Of a stretch of DNA of 64,000 nt, positions 1 to 13,800 are shown piece by piece. Below the pieces are notes generated by a model. The model was not told where the DNA came from. It worked only from the letters and a program-made list of their open reading frames with translations, and made no database searches. The position numbers and the translations under genes are program-made. Source of the stretch: Octopus vulgaris (lineage: Eukaryota); the NCBI GenBank assembly GCA_951406725.2, contig OX597821.1, positions 76,570,001 through 76,634,000 on the forward strand, given 5' to 3'. Numbering within the stretch: position 1 is the first letter of the stretch; each line of letters starts with the position of its first letter.

Positions 1-408
1 TTGCGCATTTATATATACATATTCTTACGAAAGATACAGACCATATAGCAGTGTTCAAGTCGAACCTGAGACGTTAGACCAGTATAATAAATGGAATGGA
101 GAAAGTTCAAATCAGGCAAACTATGCTGAACACTTATGCATACGGGCTTAATTTAAGATAAAAATTGTCCAAAACACATGTATTGCTATATTAAAATTAC
201 ATGTAAAAATATAAAAATACATTAACATCGAAAATTTATAGGGACATATAATATACGAATCTACAAACATTGTAATAATATAATAACGTATAGGATTATA
301 GATAAAGACCGTTTTTATAAAAAGGATTAAAAATATAGAAAAGAGAAAGTAATAGGCATCAAAACAGGTTTTAGGTTACATATTAAAAGTTTTAGATTAC
401 ACACACAT

Positions 409-446
<38 letters not shown>

Positions 447-463
447 ACACACATATATATATA

Positions 464-685
464 TTGGGTTGGTGCATAATTATTGCGGCTTTTCTTCAAC
501 AAATTTTATTCAACAAAAACATCTTTAAATGACGGTCTGCCAAGCAAATGGAGGAGCAGTAATTGAAGTAGATGGTGAATATGCTCCGGAATAATAATTT
601 AAAGATGTTTTTGTTACATGTTGTTATTGTTTTTGTTAAATAAAATTTGTTGAAAGAAAGCCGCAATAATTATGCACCAACCCTA
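464..685. mobile_element. mariner-type MITE
   Basis: TIRs TTGGGTTGGTGCATAATTATTGCGGCTTT / AAAGCCGCAATAATTATGCACCAACCC, resembling the Hsmar1/MADE1 TIR; TA flanks; non-coding. Confidence 0.8.
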
Positions 686-971
686 TATATATATGTGTGT
701 GTTTGTGTGTGTGTGTGTGTGTGTATGTGTGTGTGTGTGTGTATATATATATTCTTTGTTTTTCTGTTTAGCTATACTTTAAACAATTTAATATTTTTCT
801 AAAGTATAAACTTATTATTCTTAAACAAGAATATCATTGACAGTGACTTCGAAGTTTCAGACTTCCGCACTGTTTCCACCAGCCAAATTCACTCATAAAG
901 CATTGGTTGATCCTGGAACTATAGTTGAAGTTCAGTTTATTTCTACAGATATTCTATAGAAATTATAACTC

Positions 972-1378
972 TTTACTCTTTTACTTGTTTCAGTCATTTG
1001 ACTGCAGCCATGCTGGAGCACCGCCTTTAGTCGAGCAAATCGACCCCGGGACTTATTCTTTGTAAGCCCAGTACTTATTCTATCGATCTCTTTTGCCGAA
1101 CCGCTAAGTTACGGGGACGTAAACACACCAACATCGGTTGTCAAGCAACGCTAGGGGGACAAACACAGACACACAAACATATACACACACACTTATATAT
1201 ATATACATATATACGACAGGCTTCTTTCAGTTTCCGTCTACCAAATCCACTCACAAGGCATTGGTCGGCCCGGGGCTATAGCAGAAGACACTTGCCCAAG
1301 ATGCCACGCAGTGGGACTGAACCCGGAACCATGTGGTTGGTTAGCAAGCTACTTACCACACAGCCACTCCTGCGCCTA
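972..1378 (-). mobile_element. tRNA-derived SINE, family A (full length)
   Basis: Minus-strand head GGCGCAGGAGTGGCTGTGTGGTAAG...GGTTCAGTCCC (A/B-box-like), internal TA/TG microsatellite, GAGTAAAA-type tail; about 10 copies in the window. Confidence 0.9.
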
Positions 1379-1732
1379 TAACTATAATTTCTATGGAATA
1401 TTTGAAGAAATAACCTTAACAAAATAATGTAAAGTGCTCTGCTAACGCAGTAGAATGTGGTATTGATTTATAAAAACCTTTAACAAATAAAGCACGACGG
1501 GCCACGATCATGGCCGTCAGGCACAGGTCAACAGGCCACGATCGTGGCCTAGATAGATGCATTTAATTTATGGGTGTTTGTTGGGGTCTAATGTCGCTCA
1601 AACGCTCCGATACCCACCAGAATGCAAGAGGACTAATAGTTCAACTAATGACTTTTCAGATGATGTAAAACTTGCCACCATTATATACTAAGAAGATATT
1701 TTAACTAATTTTTGTTTTTTATGTGTGCATGT

Positions 1733-2070
1733 AGGCGTAGGAGTGGCTGTGTCGATCAGTCCCACTGTGTGGTACCTTGGGCAAGTGTCTTCTACTATAG
1801 CCTCAGGCCGACCAAAGCCTTGTGAGTGAATTAGGTAGACGGAAACTGAAAGAAGCCCATCGTATGTGTGTGTGCGCGTGTCTGTATTTGTCCCCTACCA
1901 TCACATGACATCCGATGCTGGTATGTATACGTCTCTGTAACTTAGCTGTTCGGCGTAAGAGACTGATAGAATAAGTACTAGGCTTGCAAAAAATGAGTCC
2001 TGGGGGTCGATTTGTTCGTCTAAAGGCAGTGCTCCAGCATGGCCACAGTCAAATGACTGAAACGAATAAA
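1733..2070 (+). mobile_element. SINE family A, head partly deleted
   Basis: Reverse-complement similarity to 972-1378. Confidence 0.85.
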
Positions 2071-3111
2071 AGAATGGTAGACTCATTTTCATAAAATGTA
2101 CTCAGCAATCCATGCTATGTAAGTGCAAATCCCAGGGCTTTATAAGTTGATATACTTTATTCTATATCATGGTTGCATAACGAAATACCAGGTACCTACA
2201 AACCATTACTATACTTGAAGGTACTAGCAAGGTGCCCGAAACCATGTGGTGACGAAATGAACTGCTTAACCACGTTAAATCATTTATTTTTGCAGAGAAT
2301 ACCAGAAAGTTACAAAATGTCTGAAGTATTCTACAAAGACCCTGCAGGATATCAACTCCGTGTTTACGACTACAATGGATTCTTGGTGCCACCATTCCCA
2401 AATGTTCAGGAAATTCTTGAAAAAATTCCCAGCATGCCAATAAGAGAAGATGATGTCTTACTTCTCGGTTACATGAAAACTGGTAACGTATTCAGTTGCT
2501 AAAGTGGAGGGGGACTCCATGGCAACGCATTTATTTATTATTATCTTTTACTTGTTTCAGTCATTTGAGTGCGGCCACGCTGGGGCAACGCCTGAAGAAT
2601 TCTTAGTCGAATGAATCAACCGCTTCGTTCGCTGAACTGCTATATATCGGGGACATAAACGCAACAACACCGGTTGTCAAGCAGTAGTGCCTTTCATTTT
2701 TTCGAGGCCAATGAAATAAGTACCAGTGAAATACTGGTGTCGATGCAATCGACTTACTCCCACCCACGGAATTGCTGGCCTTGTGCCAAAGTTTGAAACC
2801 AATATATTAGTTGTTGTTGCTGTTGTTCGCATTGTCGTCGTTGTCCTTATTGTTATTTTTGTTGTTTAACCAAAGAAAGGTCCTCAATGTACAAACCTAT
2901 GAAGAGAGATTCTATTCATGTCATACCCACTTTGTCTTACTCTTTCTGACGCAGTGTCCTTAGGCCTTCCTCATCCAATGTGTCCTTCATTTTTTGCAAC
3001 AATGAATGCATGAGTTGAAAGAGACTTGGCTGTTATTTCTCACAGGTCAAGCAACCATACAATGACTCCTTCATAGGTTCCAAATCCTGTGCTAATTTAT
3101 GTAGGCCTACA

Positions 3112-3497
3112 CTTTTACTTGTTTCAGTCATTTGACTGCGGCCATGCTGGGGCACCGCCTTTAGTCGAGCAAATCGACCCCAGGACTTATTCTTTGTAAG
3201 CCTGGTACTTATTCCATCGGTCTCTTTTGCTGAACCGCTAAGTTACGGGGACGTAAACACACCACCATCGGTTGTCAAGCGATGTTGGGGCCACAGACAC
3301 AGACACGCAAACACATATATATATATATATATATATACAGGAAGGGCTTCTTTTAGTTTCCATCTACCAAATCCATTCACAAGGCTTTGGTCGACCCGAG
3401 GCTATAGTAGAAGACACTTGCCCAAGGTGCCACACAGTGGGACTGAACTCGGAACCATGTGGTTGGTAAGCAAGCTACTTACCACACTCCTGCACCT
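3112..3497 (-). mobile_element. SINE family A (in SULT intron)
   Basis: Near-full-length match to 972-1378. Confidence 0.9.
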
Positions 3498-4910
3498 ATA
3501 TTTTGATTCTTTTTTTAATTTTAAATTCCACTCCAGAGATTCCAATATAGGAACCCACTGGATATGGGAAATCTGTGTAATGTTACTCAATGGTTCCAGC
3601 TGAATACTATCCAGGAAGCAAAACTGCTACCATGATGGAAAAAAACAGACGAAACCGGCTTAAACCAGCTTCCATCACCCAGAGTGTTTAATACTCACCT
3701 TTACTTACACCATTTACCAAAAGAGATATTTACTAAAAAACCTAAAATGATTTTCCTAACTGCTGTCTCTGCGTACCATCATATATTCCAGTTAAAGGCA
3801 TTCCAATACGATGGAGATTGGAAAGGATTCTTCGAATTGTTTTTTGATGGCAAAGGTAAGAACACTTTCACTGACACTGGTTGTCTTTTAGCTGCTGTTT
3901 CTTACTTGTTTCACTCATTAGATTGCGACCATGCTGTAGCACTGTCTTTTTGCCGAACCTCTAAGTTACGGGGATGTAAACACACCAACACCGATTACCA
4001 AACCGTGATGACGGATAAACACAGACAAGAACACTCACACACACATACACACACACACATGGCTCATTTCACTTCTGTCATTATTATTGATCAGTTCGTT
4101 AACATTTAACCAGTTAACTGATCGACTAGTTGATTAATCGCTCTATCACTCAATCAATCATTTAAGCCTGTCAAAGTCTTAATCAATCGCCATTTGTTGA
4201 TCTCATCAATGATATGCCCTTTCTTCTCCAGATCTGCTTCACGGTTATCTGCCTACCTTTTCACCTAAAGACAGCACCAGTAATAAAAGTGTAATGTCAT
4301 TGACTCATCTCTATCAGAGGATTAGAGAGACTCTCCCATTTATTTTGCCTCTAAGTTCCTCTGCATTTATTTGCAGGGTCAGAAAGAAGGGGTAATGCTT
4401 TCAACCCCAGGTGGCCCTCTGAGATCGATGAGATTGATATCGTTCTGTTCTTTTACGAACCATTGCAATTCAACAGTTGCGGGCAAGATATGAACTGGAA
4501 TGGAGATCCAGAACAAAAATGGGTTTTTTTTAGCAAGAAAGGACGCTGGAAACATTGTTTCCCTGATCCAACGCTACAACTGGGAAAGAGATAAAACAAA
4601 CCTACACAGATACAATCCCACTTGCCAACCTGCAGCTGTCAAAAATCCGTCCATATGTTTGCTTTGAGGATCCTATTTCTCTAAACAAGTCAAACACCCA
4701 GCTACATCCGAGTGACATTGAAAGGAACTGCTCGAGTTTAGGAGTCAAGCAGTTGTCGCCTCCATTTTGAATAGAATTTATAACATCTCTTCACTCTGGA
4801 TCAGAAGCATTTCTTTGTGGCCGACAGAGCTCTTGAAAAACTTCCAAAATACTTAGGCTCTGGTACACCTCAACTCATAAAAATCACCGTGTATGTCTCT
4901 TCTATTTTTT

Positions 4911-5600
4911 AATTATTATAAATCATCCACTGAGGAGGGAGCTGGTTTCCAACAAACATACAAGGTTCCATCTCTGGGATATAGTTAACTCAGACAAATT
5001 CACATTTGGACCTTGAAAAAAGTCTTGCATATTTTTACTGTTCCACTCACAGATTGCACTTGTAATGTACGAATCAGCAGGTCGATTTCTCTTTCTGAAA
5101 ATCCTAGTTTATCCAAAGTCTCCTTTAAGCATTTACTAATGAAACCTAGTGCTCCCATTATTGATATGAATACGAATTGATATAGAAGCTGGCGGGTTCA
5201 GAGCAGTTGTCCATAGATATCCTCTTTTTCATTGATTTTCAAAGAGATATTTATATCTGCAGGGCAGCTGACTTTTATGATGGTACATATCTTTGCCCTT
5301 CTGTCCAAAACAACGATATCTGGCCTGTTATGTTCGCATTTGACAGAAGTTTTGATGGGAATATTCCACCAGTATTCCATGAGTTGGTGTTTATGGATGA
5401 ATTCCATAACAGAGGGATTTTCTAAGTTTATTTCAGGACAGTCTTTTTCGTGGATGGCATCGTAATTTGTTTTAGCAACAACATCGTGCTGCATGGGGAG
5501 GTAGTACCGAGGATGAGATTTTAGGACAGCTCCAATCACATGCGTGATGTCTTCCACAGAAACATGACATGTATGCATGTACATAGAGGAGGAGAGAGAA
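4911..5600 (-). mobile_element. 3' fragment of R4/Dong-like non-LTR retrotransposon (restriction-like endonuclease)
   Basis: C..C..VEDITH zinc knuckle remnant, QHD (RHD), HNRPDIVV...IIKVSCP...K; ends at a short TAA run. Confidence 0.75.
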
Positions 5601-5766
5601 AGAGAGTTGTCCAATAACTTTTCATAAGTCAGAAAACGGCTGCCGTATACAGAGCTGCAATGTTGATGGTTATGAATTTATCTCACCACAACAGGAATGG
5701 TCTAACAGCATGTAACCATTCGGTAACATATATTGGCTGTTACAAGACTATAGGTAGAGGTGTAGG

Positions 5767-5799
<33 letters not shown>

Positions 5800-6090
5800 A
5801 AAAAACCGTAAACACCCTTTTTTCTTTTGGTGGGATTAGTTATTTCACAATGTCGTCAGCTTAGATTCTGTGAATCAATATTGCATTATTTCAGTATGTT
5901 ATGGCAACTGGTTTCAATATATGCTACAGTGGGAGAAAGATATCAGAGACCACCCTGAACTACCCATCCTTATACTAAGGTATGAAGATGTCAAAAAGGT
6001 AAACTATTCCATCTCGCTCCCGTCATTTATTCTTCTATGGAGAAATTATTTTCACTATTTATGAAGTATTTCATATATATATATATATAT

Positions 6091-6295
6091 ACTCTTTTAC
6101 TTGTTTCAGTCATTTGACTGCGGCCATGCTGGAGCACCGCCTTTAGTCGAGCAACTCGACCCCGGGACTTATTCTTTTGTAAGCCCAGTACTTATTCTAT
6201 CGGTCTCTTTTGCCGAACCGTTAAGTAACGGGGACATAAACACACCAGCATCGGTTGTCAAGTAATGCTAGGGGACAAACACAGACACTCACACG

Positions 6296-6332
<37 letters not shown>

Positions 6333-6458
6333 GACGGGCTTCTTTCAGTTTCCGTCTACCAAATCCACTCACAAGGCTTTGGTCGGCCTGAGGCTATAGT
6401 AGAAGACACTTGCCCAAGGTGTCACGCAGTGGGACTGAACCCGGAACCATATGGTTGG
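6091..6458 (-). mobile_element. SINE family A, head cut off at the Penelope fragment
   Basis: Match to 972-1378 stops abruptly at about 6458. Confidence 0.85.
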
Positions 6459-6459
6459 C

Positions 6460-7230
6460 AGACTACAACAAAATTTTATAGAGAGTTACCCAAGGTTTCG
6501 CACCTACAAAACCAAACCCTTGTGGACAGCTCGTCAGACTCTATATGAACACAAAATTTTAAAATATCTACCTCGCAGACATGAGGAAACACTCGAGGAA
6601 TATGAAAAAGTGTTAATGAATATGGGTTATTTCCCCTTAATCAGATGGGGCGGGGAAACTTTTATAGACTTGGAATGGCCTAATGAGCAAACGGGAGATA
6701 AGATTTTTCTAGTATGTAGCGCCTGAAGTGGATGCATTTAGAAAACTCTTCTTTACGGCTGTTTAATGCGCCAGGCTTTTTATAGTCCTTAAGAAACTGG
6801 GTTCTCTCCGTGATGCAGCTCTTGCAATGGTCAATTCCATTAATATACAGGCCCGGATAATCAATTAATTTCCACTTGACATCACACCGTGTCCCTTGAT
6901 CTTTGAGGTGCCTCACATGGCGGGCTAAGGAAGTGACAAGCCGTCTTTTTGGGACTCTGGAGGATAACTAGCGGTTAAGAAAACGTTTCTTGAACGAAGT
7001 ACTTGCCAAACCAACATATTTATACACATGCAATGTGACCCTATTCGCAATCCTGGTAACACATGGCACGGGGCTGGTCATCCCATCGATGTCAAAGATA
7101 AATGTTTGGTCCTCATCTGAGGTGGCGGAACTGGGAACGGCAGATGCCTCCAAGTCGTTTGTCCTAGATAAGTCATTACTTCTAGGTGCGGTGAGGGAGC
7201 CCTCCCCGCCTAACCTCTTGAAATTTTGAT
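6460..7230 (-). mobile_element. Penelope-like element 3' fragment (GIY-YIG endonuclease plus 3' repeat region)
   Basis: YVGLASTSFKKRF, LARH, C..C..E, LNSRKEEFSKCIH motifs; hammerhead downstream on the same strand. Confidence 0.75.
6482..6542 (-). ncRNA. Type I hammerhead ribozyme
   Basis: AGAGU-CUGACGA-GC...GC-GAAA-CCUUGGG-UA-ACUCU. Confidence 0.8.
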
Positions 7231-7547
7231 ATAAGCTACAGAGTTTGTCTCTTCCAACTTGTATGAAGTGTTACCTATGTCCTTCATTCACAGACCAACC
7301 ATGTGCAATAAATAAAGCTTCTGTTAATTGTTTGCGATTGTTTTTTCACGATTTACATGCAGCTAGAAACCCTACACTACCATCAGAGAAGAAACAGCAC
7401 CTCGTGACAATGTGTGTGTGTGTGTGTGTGTGTTACTGTAATATACAAAGCAATATCAATGCGTCATTTGGCGTCTTTCCCGCTTCACTGAGAGTCTGCG
7501 GATTCTCTACAATCATTTATTCCTCCAACCATCACTCACTCACTCAC

Positions 7548-7578
<31 letters not shown>

Positions 7579-8279
7579 ATGCATGTGTGTGAGAGAGAAA
7601 GAAAAAAAAAACGAGAGACGAGAGAACGAAAAAGAGGGGAAGCGCTCGCGTGTCCCCTCTCCTTCCTTCTTTCTTTCTGTAGTGTGTGTGTGTCCGTGTG
7701 ATCGAGCGAGACATGAAGTCGAGCCAGACTAACCCAGAAGCCAATTCACACTTGCTTTAGAAGATAACGTTATTTACTGGAGAAATTTGGTTTCAGAACA
7801 ATAATTACTTTTTACATAAAAAAGGAAGACAGATCCGCCTTGTCAGTGCAGTTCGGTCAACAGATTTGTCTGATAATGATAACACTTGAATATTCATTAC
7901 AACCAACGTCGTTGTTCTTCGAGTGCTTTCTTTACAATTATTCTGTTTACCCACGAATGTTTGGACTGCATTAGTCACATGTGTTTGCATTATCATTTCT
8001 TTAATATTAGCTTTAGCATGCGTGCATTAAACCAATAAAGTACGCTTGGAATCGATAGTCTACCTTAATTGATATCGTCATATCTAAATGACTAGGTGAA
8101 TTGGAGACAGGATCGTTAGAGCTACGAACTAATTGCTTTGTGGTCTATAGTTACGTTTCTTCAATTTGTTAGTTCGAATCCCGCTCACTTACATTTTGTC
8201 GTTCTGGGGTAGGTTATTCAAACAAAAATCACACCAGACATAAGCTTGGAATACAACTCAAGAATAAAAACAAACAAAA

Positions 8280-8636
8280 GGTCAGTTTTGGTTATCTCCC
8301 CGAGTTTTACGAGAAATATCGGTACTTTCGGCTAACTCCCTCAACATGAAAAAAATTGTTTAACCCTCTATAAAACAAAACAAAAAAGGATAAAAAAACT
8401 TAATAAACATGAAAACGGAAAAAAATAAATTTATTGAATCCTGATAATATTTTTGTAACAAATCATGCCATTCCTATTGAGGGGACCAAATGTCAACAAT
8501 GTTTTGAAGTATTGAATCAAAAAGATCTCTTTTATTCCAATCTCTTGTCGCCACATTAACTCGAATTTTTAGCAGGGAGATAACCTAATTTTTTAATGGC
8601 AATTTTTTAATACGGGTGAAATAACCAAAACGTACC
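8280..8636. mobile_element. Non-autonomous TIR element (GG...CC ends)
   Basis: GGTCAGTTTTGGTTATCTCCCCG versus CGGGTGAAATAACCAAAACGTACC; A-rich flanks. Confidence 0.65.
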
Positions 8637-8786
8637 AAAAAAAAAAAAATGAATAAATAAAAGCTACTTGGAACATTATCAGAAAATATTAGCTGTGGTT
8701 GTTTAGCTTGTAGGGAATACGACCGTACGTAAGGAGTTGGTGACAAATGTCTCCTTTAGTCGCCCCTAACAAAATAAGAAGCCAAA

Positions 8787-9126
8787 TCTCTATATATAAA
8801 ACTTAACTTGTGTATCTGTGTGTGTGTGTATGTGTGTTTGACTTCCCGGCACATCTCCTGGCCAACAAATCGTAGAACCACCAAAAATGGGTCACTTAAA
8901 GTTTAGGCGAATGAAAATTGAACTGCGTTATTTCTGTCCCGAAATTAATTCTCGCAAGTGCAAAAATCGATAATGTGTTTGTTTAGGCCGTATCCCATGC
9001 ATTGAATAGTGAACTTTACTCAGTCAACTGTTTGACGTGAACTGTGTTCACCACGCGTGCCAGCATGTGTAAATTGCATGAAAAATAAAAAAATCAAGAT
9101 ATAAAAACGAATCGCCGTAAACATTG
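8787..9126 (+). mobile_element. Helitron-like 5' end
   Basis: A|TCTCTATATATAAAA followed by a TG tract; same style as the Helitron 5' ends at 63149 and 63545. Confidence 0.55.
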
Positions 9127-9371
9127 TAGAAATTCGGCAAAGAATTTTTGAAGGATTCGGTTGTGTTTTTTCACGTGAGCTAAAATATTGTTAAAATTGT
9201 GTTGAAATTGTTTGTTTAAAAATTGTTTGTTAAATTGTTATACTGAACTTTAACTGGTTTTTGAACCAGGAAAACTTTGTTATTCCCCTCCTTTAAGGAG
9301 GGGAAATAGTGTGAAATATATTGTGTGTTTTGACACAATCTAACAAAAAAAAAAATCCATTTGTGTGAAAA

Positions 9372-10857
9372 TGGAAAAAACAGTTGAACATTTTGCCAAT
9401 GAAGGTTCACCTTCAAATAAAAGAAAATATTGTAGGTTCACCTACAAAGGAAAAAAATATGATGAAAGCAGAAAATTCGGAAACAAGTGTACCAGCAGTT
9501 GAAAACGTGAAAAAAACGGTTAACTTCGCAACCGCAGCCGGCAGAAAAACCGAACATATTTTACCAGAGGACATTGATTACGACAAATACAAGGACAGGT
9601 ACAAAAGGGAGGGGAACAACATAAAAGCCACCCTCCCACAAGAAATAAAAACCAGCACCATGAAGAAAACGGTAATTTTTAAATCTTTTGTAATTAAGGA
9701 AAGAAAAATAGAAAAAATAACAAAGGAGCAGGCCGAAAAGTGTCTCAAACCAATATGGACAGACATTGATTTCGTTACATGGGGTAAGAAGTATGCAACC
9801 ATAATGGTTTACTTTAAAGAGGAGGAACAGGCGAGGAAACACTCGATCAACCCTCTAAAATCAACAGATATAATTCTTCTCCCCTCGTATATGGGAAGAA
9901 GAACAATAAAAATCAAAATAGACGACATACTACCAGAAATTGAGGTAGAAAGCCTCATTCCAGCCCTATTTATGGGACTGAAAGAAAAAATTAATATCAT
10001 AAACATCGTCAGAACCCAGAAGGAGAATTGGAAGGGACAAGCTTTACAGATAATAGTGCAAGCGGCGCCGGAAACGTTAGGAGGTGCCCGAGTTTATTAA
10101 TTTCGACGACGAAATAAACTTGCGGGTGGTGGTCGAAGGGCGTAAGCCCAGATGCTACGGGTGTGGAGAAAAGGGCCACATCCGAGCAGAATGCCCCACC
10201 CGCAAGAAAGAAGAAGAAGAAGCAAGGAAAAAAGCTGAAGAAGAGGAGAGGAGGAAGAAAACGACAAACAGAAGAAGGAAAAAAACAAGAGGGGGATGAC
10301 GATTTCGTGATACCCAGAAAAATGAAAAAAGGAAAAATACGGACCTAAATATACCCAACAATAGCACAAAAAAGAGTAACACCCAGGAGGGGAAACCCAC
10401 CCCACCCAAACACGGTTCCTCCACAAAAGGAAAAAAAGATAAGACCCCCCCAGACCAACACGAATCACCCCCACCCCACAGTACCATACATTACCCTCCC
10501 CTCCAAATGACCTCCCCGTGCTCCTCCCCTACATACTCCCCAAACTCCTCATTCCCCTCCTCCCCATCACCCCCACAAAGCCCCCAAAAGAAAATCACGG
10601 AGTTCCAAGTAGTTTATGCAGCCATCAACAAAGACAACGACAGTGTAAGCAGCGGGATGGGAAACATCCCAACCGCTGAAAAAATACAAACACACAGAAA
10701 AGTTTTAAAAAATGTAGAAATATACAAAATGGATTTGCTAAACTTTAATATTTTAAATGCGCAGTATTCAGGGGACATAAGGGGTCCGCGGCTCGATGTG
10801 GACGAGTCACTTATTAAAGCGGACTTCAACCCCCGACCAACAGGGACACCGACATAA
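9372..10857 (+). pseudogene. Tx1 ORF1 (gag-like, CCHC knuckle), frameshifted
   Basis: ORF pieces 9384-10100, 10084-10299 (CYGCGEKGHIRAEC) and 10507-10857 are collinear with ORF1 of copy 2. Confidence 0.85.
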
Positions 10858-10867
10858 AGGTAAGTAA

Positions 10868-13800
10868 ATGTCTCGTATTTGTGTAGGATGCGTAAATGTG
10901 CGTGGCCTGATGGCGAGCTGGAAGCAAGGGCGCTTCCTAAATGACATCAGGTCACGGGATTTAGATGTTGTTGCCACAGAAACCCGGTTAAAGGGGCCAA
11001 GAGATCTGCTCCCGCTGTTCGACGGTTACGAGAGAATTATCTCTCCGAACCCGTCGGTCGGTGGAAGTGGGGTGTTGGTCCTGGTGAAAAAGAACCGGGT
11101 TTCTGGGAAAAAGTTGATTTTTGCAGATCCAGAAGGTAGGCTGGTCGTCGTTGATTTGACGTTCAGCAGTCGTAAGACAATCAGACTGGTAGCGGTTTAC
11201 GCACCCAATAATAAGGGGAATAGTGAGTATTTTCGGAACCTGGAGAAGTTTCTCAGTACATCGTGCCCTTTAGTAATGTTAGGAGACTACAACACAATCT
11301 GCAATGTGCGGGTAGACTGTGTAGGCTCGCAAACAGACAGGAAAGGAAATGCTTGCTTCCTGGATCTACTAAGACGTTTTGAGCTGGTAGATCCATATAG
11401 ACTGGAACATCCGGACGCTCCATTGTGGACATGGACAAACAGCGACGGATCGTCAAGGTCATACATAGACAGGATTTTAATTAGGAAGGTAGATAGAAAC
11501 CTAGTTAAGAGTCCACAGCTCCACAGTCAGCTACAGTGACCACAAGATGGTCACTTGTAAGCCAGACGTAGATAAGATAAATAGAGGTCCTGGTTACTGG
11601 AAACTTAATACGTCCCTTTTGGCGATTAAGGAGTAGAGTGACAGGATTAGGTTAACGATCCAGAGGGCCATGACCGGCTCCATTATCAATAACAAATGGT
11701 GGTATGCCCTCAAGCGAGCCATAAGATATGAGTCTATTAGATATAGTATAGATCTCGTAGCTAGAGAGGCTAGAAAAGAAACTACTCTAGTTAAGGACCT
11801 AGAGGAAGCAATGCGAACTGGCAACGCGGTTCAGGTGAAGGCCAAGAGACTGGTTTTAAACCAGCACCTCGAAGCCAAACACATGGGTTGTATTGTCAGA
11901 GCTAGACAACGTACAATGGGGAGCGAAGGAATTAATGCCGCGAGATGGGCCCGAGTGGTGGAAGCCCAACGTGGCAACGATGACACAATTCGATCTCTGA
12001 CGAACCAACAAGGTAAGTTGACAGACGAGCCCGAGGAGATGTGTCAAGCTTTTCAGGACCACTTCGCCCAGCTCTTTGGGGGTGGCGGCGGGCCGGATGA
12101 GAGGAGGGACCTTACGGACCTCCTTGACGGACTGCCGCGGCTCTCGGGGCAGGATGCGGAGTGTAGTGAGAAGCCGATCACGCCTGAGGAGGTAATAGAG
12201 GCCATGGCAGACTGCGGTGCGGGTAAGGCGCCGGGGCTGGATGGTCTGCCCTACGAGCTTTATAAAAGTGTGCCGGACTTGTTCGGGGACTTACTGGCGA
12301 ACGTCTACGCGAACTGGCAGCAGAATGGGTTCATACCCAGATCTGTGCGCCGGGGAGTGGTGACACTAGTCAGGAAGGACCAGAGCAAGGGGGACGTCAT
12401 TGATAATTTCAGGCCCATCACTCTGCTTAACGCAGAGTTGAAGATTATGGCCAAAGTGTTATCGAACAGATTGGCGCATGTCGCGAATGGACTGATCTGG
12501 AAAGCGCAAACGTGCGCCGTACCGGGCAGAACCATTCAGGATAATCTCCATCTAATTAGATACACGATAGAGGGAATGGGTAACGATCCCGGCGTGGGAG
12601 GGGCAGTGGTCCATTTAGACCAGTCAAAAGCTTTCGATAGGGTCGACCATCGTTACCTGGTGTCCGTCCTGGCTCAGTTCGGCCTGGGTCTTGGCTTCCT
12701 CAGGTGGATCATACAATTGTATGACAACGTCGACTCGGTAGTTCGGGTGAACGGCTTTATTTCTAAGCCGTTCAAGGTCAAACGCTCGGTCCGTCAGGGA
12801 TGTCCGCTCTCCCCGCTTTTGTATGTAGTGGCTCTCGAGCCGCTGCTGCGAAAACTGAGTGGCATCCCGAGGCAGCCAGGTCGTGGAATGTCGGTTTCGG
12901 CGTACGCGGATGACATCACTATCATCGTGACCGAAATGGACCTCCTACGTAAAGTAGGCAAGGCCATAGAGGTTTACGAGACGGTGACAGGAGCAAAGGT
13001 TAATCGTGAAAAGTCAGTCGGCTTGCAACTCGGCACCTGGAGAGGCAAGTCGATGCCTCCAGACAGCGTCGTGGGACGTTGGACGGAGGGCCCGATTAAG
13101 TTGCTCGGGGTCTGGTTCGGACCAGGCCTCCAAATAGAGAAGAACTGGAGCGAGGTATCGAGCAGGGTGACCGCAGTAGTCAAGACCTGGTCTTGGCGGT
13201 GGTTATCCCTGAAAGGTAGGGCGGAGGTAGCCAATGTGTTCATCGCATCGGTGATCACCTACCGCCTTGCCGTCGTGCCTTGCCCGGATTCGTGGTTGAA
13301 CAAGTTGGAGAGACAGCTCTTTCACTTTTTGTGGAAGGGCTCGAAACCACTTGTGAAACGCTCTATTTGTTGTCAAAAACCGTTACAGGGTGGACTAGGG
13401 ATGCCGTGGCTAATGATGCGCAGAAATGCGCTGAGGCTAAGGCATCTGTGGCTCCATCTGGATGGTGAACGGGTGTGGTCTCCGCTGGCGAAGCAGATGT
13501 TCCCCAGGTTCACCAGTTTCGGTGGACGGGAAGACTGGTATAATCGTAGATCAAAGTTGGGTACATGGTACACGGAGTGCCGTAAGGCACTCCGACTATT
13601 CCGTCGCTCGGGCAATGCCTGCGGCAGTGGTTCTACCGCTGTGTTTTACAGAGGTTTTGTAGAGGCCGGTAACGATGATACGCTAGGGGAAACCCTAGGT
13701 TTCGACGATAATCAGCTGGCCAGTCTGTTCCAACGTACATTCGGGCCGAAGGCACTGGATAATTTCCAGAAGTCTTTGGCTTGGCAGTGTTACCGAGGAG

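Larger units (their letters stand above)
2317..5998 (+). pseudogene. Cytosolic sulfotransferase (SULT-like), three coding exons 2317-2482, 3551-3855, 5895-5998; apparently disabled; 3' exons not found
   Basis: DDVLLLGYMKTG|THW (5'-PSB loop), PSPRVFNTHL, YGNWF...W...LRYEDVKK; GT-AG sites with compatible phases; exon 2 has two +1 frameshifts (about 3596 and 3644) and lacks RNPKD. Confidence 0.85.

Noticed and set aside
7431-8080. Possible solo LTR (TG start, AATAAA near 8034)
   Set aside because: No clear TSD, terminal inverted repeat or TATA box
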